Positions 36,835 to 46,611 of a stretch of 64,000 bases of DNA are shown here, one piece after another (within the stretch, counting starts at the first letter, position 1; each line of letters opens with the position of its first letter). A program made the position numbers and the translations under genes. The stretch lies in contig JAXHMP010000001.1 of the NCBI GenBank assembly GCA_034521425.1, positions 1,737,737-1,801,736 of the forward strand, given 5' to 3'. This DNA comes from Bacteroidota bacterium (GTDB lineage: Bacteria > Bacteroidota > Bacteroidia > Bacteroidales > JAIOZK01). Below the pieces are notes generated by a model. That model made no database searches and had not been told where the DNA came from. It saw only the letters and a program-made list of their open reading frames with translations.

Positions 36835-37593
36835 ATGAAAAAAGTACAGGACTTCAGTGTAAAAAGCTACAAATGGCTGAATGAGAACAATTACATCATT
36901 GAATTGCAGTCGCAGGAAGATATACCAGCTATTCTTCCAGGCCAGTTTGCCGAACTCAAAGTACCCGGTGTTTTCCTGCGAAGACCCCTGTCCATCCTGG
37001 ATTACAATAAAAATGATAACAGCCTGAGTTTTTATGTAAAGGCCATCGGGAAAGGGACCCGCAAGTTGGGTACCCTGGCCAAAGGTGAAACCGTGAATGT
37101 GATCTATCCGCTGGGAAATTCTTTTAACGCCGGGCAAACTAAACGGGCACTCATAATCGGGGGTGGTTCAGGCATTGCACCCTTCATTCTTCTGGGCCGG
37201 GAGTTGCAGAAAAAGAAGATCGAGACCACCTTCCTCATTGGGGCCAGGACGAAACAGGATGTATTTCTCACCGATGTTTTTTCACTCTTCGGGAAAGTTT
37301 ATGTAACTACCGAAGATGGCAGCGCAGGGGAAAAAGGACTGGTTACCCGGCATTCTGTATTCAAAAATGAGGATTTCAATTTTGACAAGATCTTTACCTG
37401 TGGTCCCGAGCCCATGATGAAAGCGGTTTCCTATATCGCTGCAGAAAAGAACGTTCCCTGCGAAGTTTCCCTGGAGAACATGATGGCCTGCGGCTTTGGT
37501 GCATGCCTTTGCTGTGTTACCGAAACAAAAGACGGGAATAAATGTGTTTGCACAGAAGGGCCTGTTTTTGACACAAATTATTTACAATGGTAG
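36835..37593 (+). CDS. pyrK: dihydroorotate dehydrogenase (class 1B) electron-transfer subunit
   Basis: An FAD/NAD-binding fold is followed by the C-terminal 2Fe-2S motif [10 protein letters not shown]...C. The gene overlaps pyrD by 7 nt. Confidence 0.85.
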   Translation: MKKVQDFSVKSYKWLNENNYIIELQSQEDIPAILPGQFAELKVPGVFLRRPLSILDYNKNDNSLSFYVKAIGKGTRKLGTLAKGETVNVIYPLGNSFNAGQTKRALIIGGGSGIAPFILLGRELQKKKIETTFLIGARTKQDVFLTDVFSLFGKVYVTTEDGSAGEKGLVTRHSVFKNEDFNFDKIFTCGPEPMMKAVSYIAAEKNVPCEVSLENMMACGFGACLCCVTETKDGNKCVCTEGPVFDTNYLQW

Positions 37594-38561
37594 ATTTAAA
37601 GGTAAAAATAAAAGATCTGGAATTTAAGAATCCGGTTACCACCGCTTCGGGAACCTTTGGTTTTGGAGAAGAATTCCTTGATTTTATGAACCTGAATAGA
37701 ATCGGGGGCATTTTCGTTAAAGGACTTACCCGTTTGAAACGCGAAGGAAACCCTTACCCAAGGATGGCTGAAACCCCTTCCGGTATGCTTAATGCCGTTG
37801 GGCTTCAAAACAAAGGAGTGGATTATTTTATCAGTGATATTTATCCCAGGATCAAACATCTTGATACGGAAATTATTCCCAATGTGAATGGAGGCACCCT
37901 TGATGATTATATAGAAGTAACCGAAAAACTCAATGCGGTGGAAGGCATCCATGCCATTGAGTTGAATATTTCCTGTCCCAATGTTAAAGAGGGCGGCATG
38001 GCCTTCGGGGTAAGCTGCCCATCGGCAGTAGCTGTTACAAAAGAGGTGCGCAAAGCATGGGACAAGCATTTGATGGTAAAACTTTCACCAAACGTAACTG
38101 ATATTACCGAGATTGCCAAAGGAGTTGAAGGCGCAGGCGCTGATTCTGTTTCGCTGGTCAACACTTTCCTGGGCATGGCCATTGATGCGGAAAGCAGAAA
38201 ACCCATTTTATCAACCATCACCGGTGGCCTTTCCGGTCCTGCAATCAAACCCATAGCCCTGCGCATGGTGTGGCAGGTTTACAATGCCGTTAACATTCCT
38301 GTTGTTGGGATGGGCGGCATCATGAATGCCACCGATGCCATCGAATTCATGCTGGCCGGTTCATCCGTAATTCAGGTAGGAACGGCTAATTTTATTGATC
38401 CTGCCATTTCAATTAAAATTGTTGATGGGATCAGGGAATATTGCAAACGACATGGCTTCAGTAGCATGGATCAGATCATCGGCATGATGGATACCGGACA
38501 ATCTACCCATCTAAGAAGCAATGTTAAAAAAGATATTACTTCTTACCCGGAAACAAAGTAA
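37587..38561 (+). CDS. pyrD: dihydroorotate dehydrogenase (class 1B) catalytic subunit
   Basis: [15 protein letters not shown] forms the N-terminus; [13 protein letters not shown] carries the catalytic Cys; also [14 protein letters not shown]. Confidence 0.9.
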   Translation: MVDLKVKIKDLEFKNPVTTASGTFGFGEEFLDFMNLNRIGGIFVKGLTRLKREGNPYPRMAETPSGMLNAVGLQNKGVDYFISDIYPRIKHLDTEIIPNVNGGTLDDYIEVTEKLNAVEGIHAIELNISCPNVKEGGMAFGVSCPSAVAVTKEVRKAWDKHLMVKLSPNVTDITEIAKGVEGAGADSVSLVNTFLGMAIDAESRKPILSTITGGLSGPAIKPIALRMVWQVYNAVNIPVVGMGGIMNATDAIEFMLAGSSVIQVGTANFIDPAISIKIVDGIREYCKRHGFSSMDQIIGMMDTGQSTHLRSNVKKDITSYPETK

Positions 38562-38598
38562 TTTATATTTCTATATCTTTATCCCTTTATCAAAAACA

Positions 38599-38790
38599 AT
38601 GGAAATATTTTTCGGAAGCAAAGCAGAAAACAACAAAAGGCGGGAAGACGAATTTTTAAAACTCTCTCCCACTGAACGCCTGATAGCTTTCTTTAAAATG
38701 ATTGAGGAAACAAAATCATTATCCATTCAAAAAGATCACGAACACCCGAATGATAAAAAAGGAAATTTTGTTCTGTTAAAAGATGACTGA
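38599..38790 (+). CDS. small hypothetical protein (63 aa), candidate antitoxin-like partner of the downstream nucleotidyltransferase
   Basis: MEIFFGSKAENNKRREDEFLKLSPTERLIAFFKMIEET... Its stop overlaps the next start (ATGACTGA, 8-nt overlap). The region is A+T-rich. The track's longer version starts inside the pyrD 3' end. Confidence 0.45.
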   Translation: MEIFFGSKAENNKRREDEFLKLSPTERLIAFFKMIEETKSLSIQKDHEHPNDKKGNFVLLKDD

Positions 38791-39265
38791 TATTCAATTC
38801 AATAAAGACGTTGAAGAATTTATTCATGCGGCTAACAATAACGATTTACGCATGTTAATGGTTGGAGGTACAGCGGTAAATTATTACGGTTATAAAAGGC
38901 ATTCAGCAGATATTGACTTTTGGATTGAACCATCAGAAAAAAACTTTCACAGATTATTAAAAACATTGCAAGAAATCGGATACAAATTAGACTCCCTTCC
39001 TGATAAAGTAAAAAAGGCAGAACAAAACATTTCCCTTAAGATAAGCCCCGATTTTGAAATTGAGCTGATTACAAACTTCAATCCCGGGAAGACTTTCGAA
39101 CAGGCTTTTAGTGAAAGTGTAAATATAGAATTAAGAAAACAACAGTTACTAAAGTGGAATGTAATTTCACTTCATGACTTAATCAGTAGTAAAACTAAAT
39201 CGGGACGACCCAAAGACCTGCTGGATATACAAGAGTTAAGAAGAATCAATCCGGATAAAATATAA
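38783..39265 (+). CDS. minimal nucleotidyltransferase-fold protein (Pol-beta superfamily; MNT/AbiEii-like)
   Basis: It has the hGG-x13-DxD motif (MVGGTAVNYYGYKRHSADIDFWI) and a C-terminal ..SGRPKDLLDIQEL.. helix typical of small NTase toxin/antitoxin-type families. Confidence 0.6.
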   Translation: MTDIQFNKDVEEFIHAANNNDLRMLMVGGTAVNYYGYKRHSADIDFWIEPSEKNFHRLLKTLQEIGYKLDSLPDKVKKAEQNISLKISPDFEIELITNFNPGKTFEQAFSESVNIELRKQQLLKWNVISLHDLISSKTKSGRPKDLLDIQELRRINPDKI

Positions 39266-39354
39266 GTCCCACCCGAACAATTACTTAACCTAAACTGTTA
39301 AGCAAACCCTGGTTTTGAGCCTACAAAAAAAAGTACGTCAGAATTGTTAAAATC

Positions 39355-39708
39355 TTACTTCATCCCACCCATCACTGCATTCACCTCATTGGCAATCCGC
39401 TGGTTAAAGGAGAAGGCGATGTCCTGGTAATTGATCAGGTCCACGATGGTTCCGATAAAACACAGGCCTGCGGTGAAGAAGTACAGTATACCCATTCCGA
39501 TCTGCCCAACAAGGAAACGCTGTATACCTGCAACCACAACAAATCCCAGCAGAGTGGTAATTAAAATGATGTTGGGGTCTTTCCTCCTGACCCTGTAAAT
39601 ATTAACGAAGTTCTGAAGTTGTTCATCCGAATAATCCTTGGTGAGATTTTGAACAAAAGCCATTTCCTGGCCTTGTAATTCGGGCATAAATTGTAATATA
39701 TGAGCCAT
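39355..39708 (-). CDS. TM2 domain-containing membrane protein
   Basis: 117 aa. It has two TM helices with GIQRFLVGQIGMGILYF, which is the TM2 pattern. Confidence 0.7.
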   Translation of the reverse strand: MAHILQFMPELQGQEMAFVQNLTKDYSDEQLQNFVNIYRVRRKDPNIILITTLLGFVVVAGIQRFLVGQIGMGILYFFTAGLCFIGTIVDLINYQDIAFSFNQRIANEVNAVMGGMK

Positions 39709-39712
39709 AATT

Positions 39713-40027
39713 TTAAGTTTTGGTTACTACTTTAACATAATTTGCCGAACTTCTGAGGACTGCAATAATCCTCAGCGACAGCACGATCACAGCAAAAAAC
39801 CCAAGCGGATGCAATTGAAAGGAAGTCATAAATTTTCCCTGGAAAAATGCAGAAACAGACCTTCCCAGTCCGCATCCCGGGCAAAAGTCCAGGCCCAGGT
39901 TATCCAGCGGGCACAAGGAATAATGATGCAGCCCGGGATCCTGGAAAGCCAGGAAAACCAGGGCAGCGATCCACACAAAGGCTTCAACGCTTCTGAATAA
40001 AAAGATCTTTGCTGTGCGTAAATCCAT
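39713..40027 (-). CDS. DUF2752 domain-containing membrane protein
   Basis: CPLDNLGLDFCPGCGLGRS cysteine motif; 104 aa. Confidence 0.7.
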   Translation of the reverse strand: MDLRTAKIFLFRSVEAFVWIAALVFLAFQDPGLHHYSLCPLDNLGLDFCPGCGLGRSVSAFFQGKFMTSFQLHPLGFFAVIVLSLRIIAVLRSSANYVKVVTKT

Positions 40028-40094
40028 TCAACGAATTTAGGAAATAAATATAAAACCAAATTTGATCAAATCAAAAGTTGCTGAACAATATTTA

Positions 40095-41111
40095 TCAAAG
40101 GAGGATCACCTCACGCTCCAGATCGATATCAAAATGCTTCTTTACATCCATTCTGACAGCCTCTGAGAATTCGAAGATCTCCCTGCCTGTAGCCTCTCCG
40201 TAGTTAACGATCACCAGGGCCTGATTTTCATGCACACCTGCATCGCCCATCCTTTTCCCTTTCCATCCCAGCTGTTCGATCAGCCAGCCGGCTGCAATTT
40301 TGAATTGTTGCCCCTCGAGCTTATAAGCGGGCACTTCAGGATAAGCTGATCTGAGTTTACTGAAGGCCTCCTGCTGGATTACCGGATTTTTGAAAAAACT
40401 CCCGGCATTTCCCAGCAGCTCAGGGTCAGGCAGCTTGCTGTTGCGAATTTCCGAAACGATCCCTGAAATCACTTTCAGGTTGATCTCCCCCCTATGGCGT
40501 TCCCTGATCACCTTATCAAGTGCGGCATAACCCAGCTGATACGTGTGTGACAAACTGAGGGAATAAGTTACATCCAGGATGAGGTATTTGTTCCGGTGGT
40601 CCTTTTTGAAGATACTGTTTCGATAAGCAAAATTACAATCCTTTTTCCTGAACTTCTTTGGTTTCGCCTTTTCGAGGTCGAAAGCAGTGAGTTCATAAAA
40701 AACATCCTGCTGCTCAACCCCATAAGCCCCGATATTCTGTATGGGTGCTGCGCCCACATTTCCCGGTATCAGTGAGAGGTTCTCCAAACCACCGAGGTCA
40801 TGGCTGATACAATATTCCACCAGCGAATGCCAGTTCTCACCCGCTGCCGCTTTTACCAGCATCCGGTCTTTTATTTTTCCGGGTTGCCCGATGCCTTTCC
40901 CCGCCATTTGTATGATCACACCCTCGTAATCATCCGTAAAGAGCACATTGCTCCCCCCTCCGAGGATAAAGCAGGGATAATCCTTCAAAAGCCCTGAACG
41001 CTTAAGCTTTATAGCATCTTCCAGGTTTTCCAGCTTCACAAAATAACGGGCCTGTGCATCAACTCCAAAAGTATTCAGTGATTTGAGGGAATGGTTTTCG
41101 CGTATTTCCAT
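40095..41111 (-). CDS. murB: UDP-N-acetylenolpyruvoylglucosamine reductase
   Basis: LKSLNTFGV, FILGGGSNVLF and GSFFKNP motifs are present. The ATG at 41111 is preferred. Confidence 0.9.
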   Translation of the reverse strand: MEIRENHSLKSLNTFGVDAQARYFVKLENLEDAIKLKRSGLLKDYPCFILGGGSNVLFTDDYEGVIIQMAGKGIGQPGKIKDRMLVKAAAGENWHSLVEYCISHDLGGLENLSLIPGNVGAAPIQNIGAYGVEQQDVFYELTAFDLEKAKPKKFRKKDCNFAYRNSIFKKDHRNKYLILDVTYSLSLSHTYQLGYAALDKVIRERHRGEINLKVISGIVSEIRNSKLPDPELLGNAGSFFKNPVIQQEAFSKLRSAYPEVPAYKLEGQQFKIAAGWLIEQLGWKGKRMGDAGVHENQALVIVNYGEATGREIFEFSEAVRMDVKKHFDIDLEREVILL

Positions 41112-41211
41112 TGTGTGATTTTCTGCTTTCAAAGATACGCTTTGTGCAATAAAATCTTCCAGCTATTGTTCATTTTGAAGGAACTTTCTACTTTTATTAA
41201 AAATTGCGGGA

Positions 41212-42330
41212 TTGAAAAGGATTATCGTTTCGGTGATTAACGACCTGGTTACAGATCAGCGGGTAGACAAGACCTGCAGGTTTCTGACCGGACAGGGATG
41301 CAGGGTATTGCTTGTCGGCCGGAAGTTGAAAAACAGCCTGCCCCTGGAAGGCCGTCCATACAAAATGCACCGGATGAAACTCATCTGGAGAAAAGGACCG
41401 CTGTTTTACGCAGAATTTAATATCCGCCTGTTCTTCTTTCTGTTGGTCAGGAAGTCACATCTACTGCATTCAAACGACCTGGACACCCTGCTTCCGAATT
41501 ACCTCATCCACAGGCTGAAAGGCATCCCGCTTGTTTACGACAGTCATGAACTCTTTACACAAACACCGGAAGTTATCAACCGGCCTTTCGTGCAAAACAG
41601 CTGGAAGCTGATCGAAAAATGTATTGTACCCCGCCTCGACAGGGCATATACCGTGAATGCTTCCATTGCGAGGATCTTCCACTTTATGTATAAAACCGAT
41701 TTCAGGGTGGTGAGGAACATACCCGAGTGTAAGGATAATATTCCCGAAGGCAGCAGGAATGAACTGGGTTTACCGCCAGACAAGAATATCATCCTGTTGC
41801 AGGGATCAGGCATCAATATGCAGCGGGGAGCAGAGGAACTGGTTGAGGCTATGCGGTACCTGGATGAGCATTATCTGCTACTGGTCATCGGGGACGGCGA
41901 TGTGATCGATGAACTAAAAGAGATCAGTCGCAAAAATGAGCTCGGTGAAAAAGTACGTTTTCTGCCAAAAATGCCTTTCCGGCAGTTGCAGCAATACACA
42001 CGCCAGGCCGATCTTGGGGTAAGCATCGATAAAGACAGCAACCCAAACTACCGCTACAGCCTGCCCAACAAATTGTTCGATTATATTCATGCAGGCGTTC
42101 CTGTTATGGCATCCAGACTTTTTGAGATCGAAAAGATCATCCGGCAATACCGGATCGGGGATTTTATTGAAGATCACCAACCGGAGATCATTGCAGCAAA
42201 GATCAGGGAAATGCTCGGGAACCGGGAAAAATTGGACTATTGGAAAGAAAATCTTAAGTTTGCAGCAAAAGAACTTAGCTGGCAAAATGAGCAGAAAGAA
42301 TTAAAGGAGGTATACAGAGGGTATGTCTGA
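41212..42330 (+). CDS. glycosyltransferase family 4/1-like protein
   Basis: 372 aa. The GT-B C-terminal half carries E..x7..E-like motifs (RFLPKMP..., LFDYIHAGVPVMAS). It has a TTG start. Confidence 0.65.
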   Translation: MKRIIVSVINDLVTDQRVDKTCRFLTGQGCRVLLVGRKLKNSLPLEGRPYKMHRMKLIWRKGPLFYAEFNIRLFFFLLVRKSHLLHSNDLDTLLPNYLIHRLKGIPLVYDSHELFTQTPEVINRPFVQNSWKLIEKCIVPRLDRAYTVNASIARIFHFMYKTDFRVVRNIPECKDNIPEGSRNELGLPPDKNIILLQGSGINMQRGAEELVEAMRYLDEHYLLLVIGDGDVIDELKEISRKNELGEKVRFLPKMPFRQLQQYTRQADLGVSIDKDSNPNYRYSLPNKLFDYIHAGVPVMASRLFEIEKIIRQYRIGDFIEDHQPEIIAAKIREMLGNREKLDYWKENLKFAAKELSWQNEQKELKEVYRGYV

Positions 42331-43450
42331 GAAACATTTACATATAATATCCTTCGACATTCCGTACCCTCCTAATTACGGGGGAGTGATCGATGTTTTT
42401 TTCAAAATCAAAACCCTGAAGGAAGCCGGGGTCAAAATCCACCTGCATTGTTTTGAATACCCGGGGCGCGAAAGGGCGGATGAACTGAAGCAGTATTGTG
42501 AATCGGTGGATTATTATCCCCGGAAAACCGGGATTACCCCAGCCCTGAGTCTGAAACCTTACATCGTCTCTGGCAGAAAGTCGGATGAACTATTTGACAA
42601 GCTGATGCAGGATGATTACCCCATACTTTTCGAAGGCCTGCACTCCTGTTATTATATCGATGACCCAGGGCTGAAAGACCGCTTTAAGATCTACCGCGAA
42701 TCAAATATTGAACACCGTTATTATTTTAACCTGTTTAAAGTGGAGCACAGGGCTTATAACAAATTCTACTTTTTTATTGAAAGCCTGAAGCTGAGGATAT
42801 ACCAGAACAAATTGAAGCATGCTGACCTCATGCTTGCCGTTTCGCAAAAGGACACGGAATACCTGCAATCGAAATTCCCGCATCACCAGGTTAAACACTT
42901 GCCCAGTTTTCATGCCAATACCCGCCTTGACATAAAAAAAGGAAGGGGAGAATATGCACTTTACCATGGAAACATCGAAGTACCCGAAAATGCTTTTGCA
43001 GCAAAGTATTTGATCAACAAAGTTTTCAGCCGGCTGGACTTTCCACTGATCATTGCCGGCATGAACCCGCCGGAGGAGATCAGCAGGCTGGCTGATCGGC
43101 ATGATCATATTAAAATGATCCCCAACCCCAGTGATGAAGAAATGTTCGAGTTGATCAGGAATGCACACATCAATGTGCTGGTGACATTTCAGGCAACCGG
43201 CTTAAAACTCAAACTGCTGAACACCCTTTACAACGGGCGATTCTGCGTGGTAAATGACAAAATGCTCAGCGGGACTCCGCTCGGCGGTGTTTGTGATGTG
43301 GCCAATAATGAAAATGAGCTAAGGGAAAAGATCGGCCAGCTTGCAAAAGCAGAATTCGGGGAGGAGCTGATCAGTGACAGGAATTTTAAACTGAACGGGC
43401 TTTACTGCAATAAAATCAATGCTGAAAAGCTAATTGGTTTGATTTCCTGA
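42323..43450 (+). CDS. glycosyltransferase (GT-B fold, mannosyltransferase-like)
   Basis: [38 protein letters not shown] is a conserved Bacteroidota GT family N-terminus. The gene overlaps the preceding GT by 8 nt. Confidence 0.6.
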   Translation: MSEKHLHIISFDIPYPPNYGGVIDVFFKIKTLKEAGVKIHLHCFEYPGRERADELKQYCESVDYYPRKTGITPALSLKPYIVSGRKSDELFDKLMQDDYPILFEGLHSCYYIDDPGLKDRFKIYRESNIEHRYYFNLFKVEHRAYNKFYFFIESLKLRIYQNKLKHADLMLAVSQKDTEYLQSKFPHHQVKHLPSFHANTRLDIKKGRGEYALYHGNIEVPENAFAAKYLINKVFSRLDFPLIIAGMNPPEEISRLADRHDHIKMIPNPSDEEMFELIRNAHINVLVTFQATGLKLKLLNTLYNGRFCVVNDKMLSGTPLGGVCDVANNENELREKIGQLAKAEFGEELISDRNFKLNGLYCNKINAEKLIGLIS

Positions 43451-44115
43451 GGTGATGATCTTGCCATCCTCACACTTAATGATCCTTGACGGAAAACGGT
43501 GTATCAGGTTATAGTTATGGGTGGCCATAAATACAGCCCTTCCGGATTCACTAATCTCAAGCAAAAGTTTCATGATCCCGTTGGATGTTTCCGGATCGAG
43601 ATTTCCTGTTGGCTCATCAGCCAGGATGATCTCAGGATCGTTCAGCAATGCCCTGGCAATGGCCACACGCTGCTGCTCCCCGCCTGATAGCTGGGTGCCA
43701 TTTTGTGCCCTTTGCCACCCAGATCTACTTTGTCCAGTACATCCTGTATACGCGCTTCGATTTCCTTTTTGTCTTTCCAGCCGGTGGCCTTCAGTACAAA
43801 ATGCAGATTGTCGTATACGGTCCGGTCGGTCAGCAACTGAAAATCCTGGAAGACAATTCCAAGTTTTCGTCTCAACAAAGGGATCTCTTTTTGCCTGAGG
43901 TTTTTCAGATCATAACCACAAATAGATGCTTTTCCATCTCTGACGGGCAAGTCAGCATATATGGTCTTCATCAGGCTGCTTTTACCGCTGCCGGTTTTCC
44001 CGATCAGGTAAACAAATTCTCCTTTATCAATCCCGAAAGTCACATTGTTCAGCACCAGCATGTCTTTTTGCAGTACCGGTACTTCTTTAAAATCTATAAG
44101 GGTATCCAATGGCAT
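43430..44115 (-). pseudogene. ftsE: cell-division ABC ATPase FtsE, split by a 1-nt frame disruption at 43693-43695
   Basis: Walker A is GKTGSGKSS. The ABC signature [16 protein letters not shown] appears only after shifting frame at gcaCCCag (plus-strand ggg at 43693-43695). Walker B is [11 protein letters not shown]. ORFs 43642..44115 and 43430..43666 are the two halves. Confidence 0.85.
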
Positions 44116-44120
44116 AACAC

Positions 44121-44801
44121 TTAAATCTGATAATACATTTTAATTGCATTGTTAATTCCTGAAATGATCATTTGCACGGATATCACTGCCAGAATAAGGC
44201 CCATGATCCTGGAGATCACATTGATGATGCCATGTCCTAATAATTTAATGATCCGCTCACCCCCGATGAACATGAGGAAGGTAATGAAAGACATTAGCGC
44301 GAAGATGATTACCACCGTGGCTGTATGCATAATGGTATCCAGCCCTGAGGATTTTGTTGCACCGACAAAATTCATTGCCGTTGCAATGGTTCCGGGCCCA
44401 GCCAGGATGGGGATTGCCAGTGGCGAGATGGCAATGCTGCTGCTGGCATTTTCGACCTGTTCCTGAACAGCCTCCTTATGCTTGTCGGTGCTGGGATACT
44501 GGACATGGGAAGGTTTTCCGTGGATCATCTGCAGACCAACGGAAAACAACAAAATGCCACCTGTGATCTGAAAGGCTGGTAAAGTGATCCCAAAGATCTT
44601 GAAAATAAACTGACCGCCAACACAAAAGACTGTCACGATCAGGAAGGCATACAAGACAGCTTTGAAAGCCGTTGCATGAATCTTTCCACTGTTTTCAAAA
44701 TTCTTTGTCAGGGAAACGAAAACCGGCGTATTGGCCACAGGGTTCATAATGGCAAAAAATCCCATAAAAACAGTACCGGCAAATGCAATGATCTCATTCA
44801 T
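44121..44801 (-). CDS. MarC family (NAAT) membrane protein
   Basis: 226 aa with six TM segments; FAIMNPVANTPVF and ISPLAIPILAGPG motifs. Confidence 0.8.
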   Translation of the reverse strand: MNEIIAFAGTVFMGFFAIMNPVANTPVFVSLTKNFENSGKIHATAFKAVLYAFLIVTVFCVGGQFIFKIFGITLPAFQITGGILLFSVGLQMIHGKPSHVQYPSTDKHKEAVQEQVENASSSIAISPLAIPILAGPGTIATAMNFVGATKSSGLDTIMHTATVVIIFALMSFITFLMFIGGERIIKLLGHGIINVISRIMGLILAVISVQMIISGINNAIKMYYQI

Positions 44802-44813
44802 ATATTCAGAAAT

Positions 44814-44844
44814 AAAAAAAATCCGGAACGTTTTGTCCCGGATT
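44814..44844 (-). terminator. intrinsic terminator of the rnf operon
   Basis: On the minus strand: AATCCGGgacaaaacgttCCGGATT followed by U8. It lies 25 nt after the rnfA stop. Confidence 0.7.
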
Positions 44845-44868
44845 CAAATTTACTGAAAATATTCCTTT

Positions 44869-45441
44869 CTATACCAATCCGCTGAAACCCATAAAGGCCA
44901 TGGCCAAAATACCTGCGGTAACAAGTGCAATGGGTACTCCGCGCATTCCTTTTGGCACACTCATCAGGTTGAGGTGCTCGCGCAAGCCGGCAAAAAGCAA
45001 CATGGCCAGCCCAAAACCTATGGCATTGGCAATGGCAAAGACCACGCCTTCCAAAAGGTTAAATTCCATTCCGACCGTGAGCAGGGCAACACCCATGATG
45101 GCACAGTTGGTAGTGATAAGGGGGAGAAAAATACCCAGGGCCTGGTAAAGGGGCGGACTTACTTTTTTCAAAATAATTTCCACCATTTGCACCAGGGAAG
45201 CGATCACCAGAATAAAACTGATGGTTTGCAGAAAAGTAACGCCGAAAGGCATCAAAATATAGTTGTGGACCAACCAGGTAACGATGGTGGCAATGGTCAT
45301 CACGAACAATACCGCTCCGCTCATTCCGACAGCGGTGTCAATTTTGCCCGAAACCCCGAGCCAAGGACATATTCCGAGAAATTGTGCAAGAACGATGTTG
45401 CTGACAAAAATGGCTCCGATAATAATTACAATATATTCCAT
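44869..45441 (-). CDS. rnfA: Rnf electron-transport complex subunit A
   Basis: [20 protein letters not shown]; 190 aa and polytopic. Confidence 0.9.
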   Translation of the reverse strand: MEYIVIIIGAIFVSNIVLAQFLGICPWLGVSGKIDTAVGMSGAVLFVMTIATIVTWLVHNYILMPFGVTFLQTISFILVIASLVQMVEIILKKVSPPLYQALGIFLPLITTNCAIMGVALLTVGMEFNLLEGVVFAIANAIGFGLAMLLFAGLREHLNLMSVPKGMRGVPIALVTAGILAMAFMGFSGLV

Positions 45442-45451
45442 GATCTATCTT

Positions 45452-46036
45452 TTAAGCAGTTTTTTTAATTCTATTCAACAATGCGATCAGGTATCCAAGT
45501 ACGATAAAAGCGCCTGGTGAAAGGATAAATATAAGAATGCCGTCGCCTTCAATAAATTTATAGCCAAAAACCGAACCGGCACCCAGCATCTCCCTGACTG
45601 CGCCAAGCAGGGTCAGCGCAAAAGCGAATCCGAGTCCCATGCCCAGTCCGTCTAACACAGAAGAGAAAAAATTTTGTTTGGAAGCAAAGCCTTCTGCTCT
45701 TCCCAGTACCAGGCAGTTTACTACGATGAGGGGAATAAAAATACCCAGTGATTCGAAGAGGTCGGGCAGAAATCCTTCCATCACCATTTCCACGATGGTA
45801 ACAAAAGAAGCGATGATCACAATGAAAGACGGGATCCTTACCTTATTCGGGATCACATTTTTGATCAGGGTAACCACGATGTTGGAACAAACCAGCACAA
45901 AGGTGGTGGCCATTCCCATTCCGAACCCGTTAAATGCCGATGAGGTTACGGCAAGCGTAGGACAAAGACCCAGCAACAAAACAAAAACCGGGTTTTCTTT
46001 AATAAAGCCTTTTGAAAAATTTTTCCATTGATTCAT
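45452..46036 (-). CDS. rnfE: Rnf electron-transport complex subunit E
   Basis: NPVFVLLLGLCPTLAVTS; 194 aa. Confidence 0.9.
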   Translation of the reverse strand: MNQWKNFSKGFIKENPVFVLLLGLCPTLAVTSSAFNGFGMGMATTFVLVCSNIVVTLIKNVIPNKVRIPSFIVIIASFVTIVEMVMEGFLPDLFESLGIFIPLIVVNCLVLGRAEGFASKQNFFSSVLDGLGMGLGFAFALTLLGAVREMLGAGSVFGYKFIEGDGILIFILSPGAFIVLGYLIALLNRIKKTA

Positions 46037-46611
46037 TATTCCTTCCCTCCATCTTTTTCATTATAGGATGAATAAGCTCTTCTCAGGGCATCGCAAAACG
46101 CTCTGGAAGTAATGGTTGCCGCAGTAATGGCATCCACATCCCCACCATCTTTCTTCACTTCCAACTTGAAGCTGGCAGGGTCCTTTCCCATAAACTGATC
46201 TTTAAACTTGGGGTCAGACATTTTGGTTCCCAGTCCGGGAGTTTCTTTCTGCTGAACCACAGCCGTATTCTGTATGAAGCCATCGGGCAGTATGCCCACC
46301 ATAACCTGGATCTGTGTCGGGTCGTAGCCTTCATTGGAATAAGTTCCGATGGCCGTACCAACCAGTTCTCCATTCAAATATCCTTTATTGATGGTGAGGC
46401 TGTCTTTCCCGTTTTGCGGCATTAGCTTGTATATTTCCAGGCTGTCAAATGCAGGAATAACCGCTTTGATCGCTGCTTCGGCCTTTGCTTTCTTTGCCAG
46501 CCGGATGGGCTCCTTGGTCAGCTCGTAAACTCCGCCCAGAGCAAGTGAGGCGATACCCGCGATCACGAATAGCGTGATCACCATATTTGTAAACGTTGAT
46601 TCTTTAGCCAT
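46036..46611 (-). CDS. rnfG: Rnf electron-transport complex subunit G (FMN-binding)
   Basis: An N-terminal TM anchor and the FMN-attachment context DAITAATITSRA are present. Confidence 0.85.
   Translation of the reverse strand: MAKESTFTNMVITLFVIAGIASLALGGVYELTKEPIRLAKKAKAEAAIKAVIPAFDSLEIYKLMPQNGKDSLTINKGYLNGELVGTAIGTYSNEGYDPTQIQVMVGILPDGFIQNTAVVQQKETPGLGTKMSDPKFKDQFMGKDPASFKLEVKKDGGDVDAITAATITSRAFCDALRRAYSSYNEKDGGKE

Noticed and set aside
39284-39302. Hairpin CTTAAC-N7-GTTAAG after the nucleotidyltransferase gene as a terminator
   Set aside because: No U-tract follows it on either strand and the stem is only 6 bp, so the support is insufficient.
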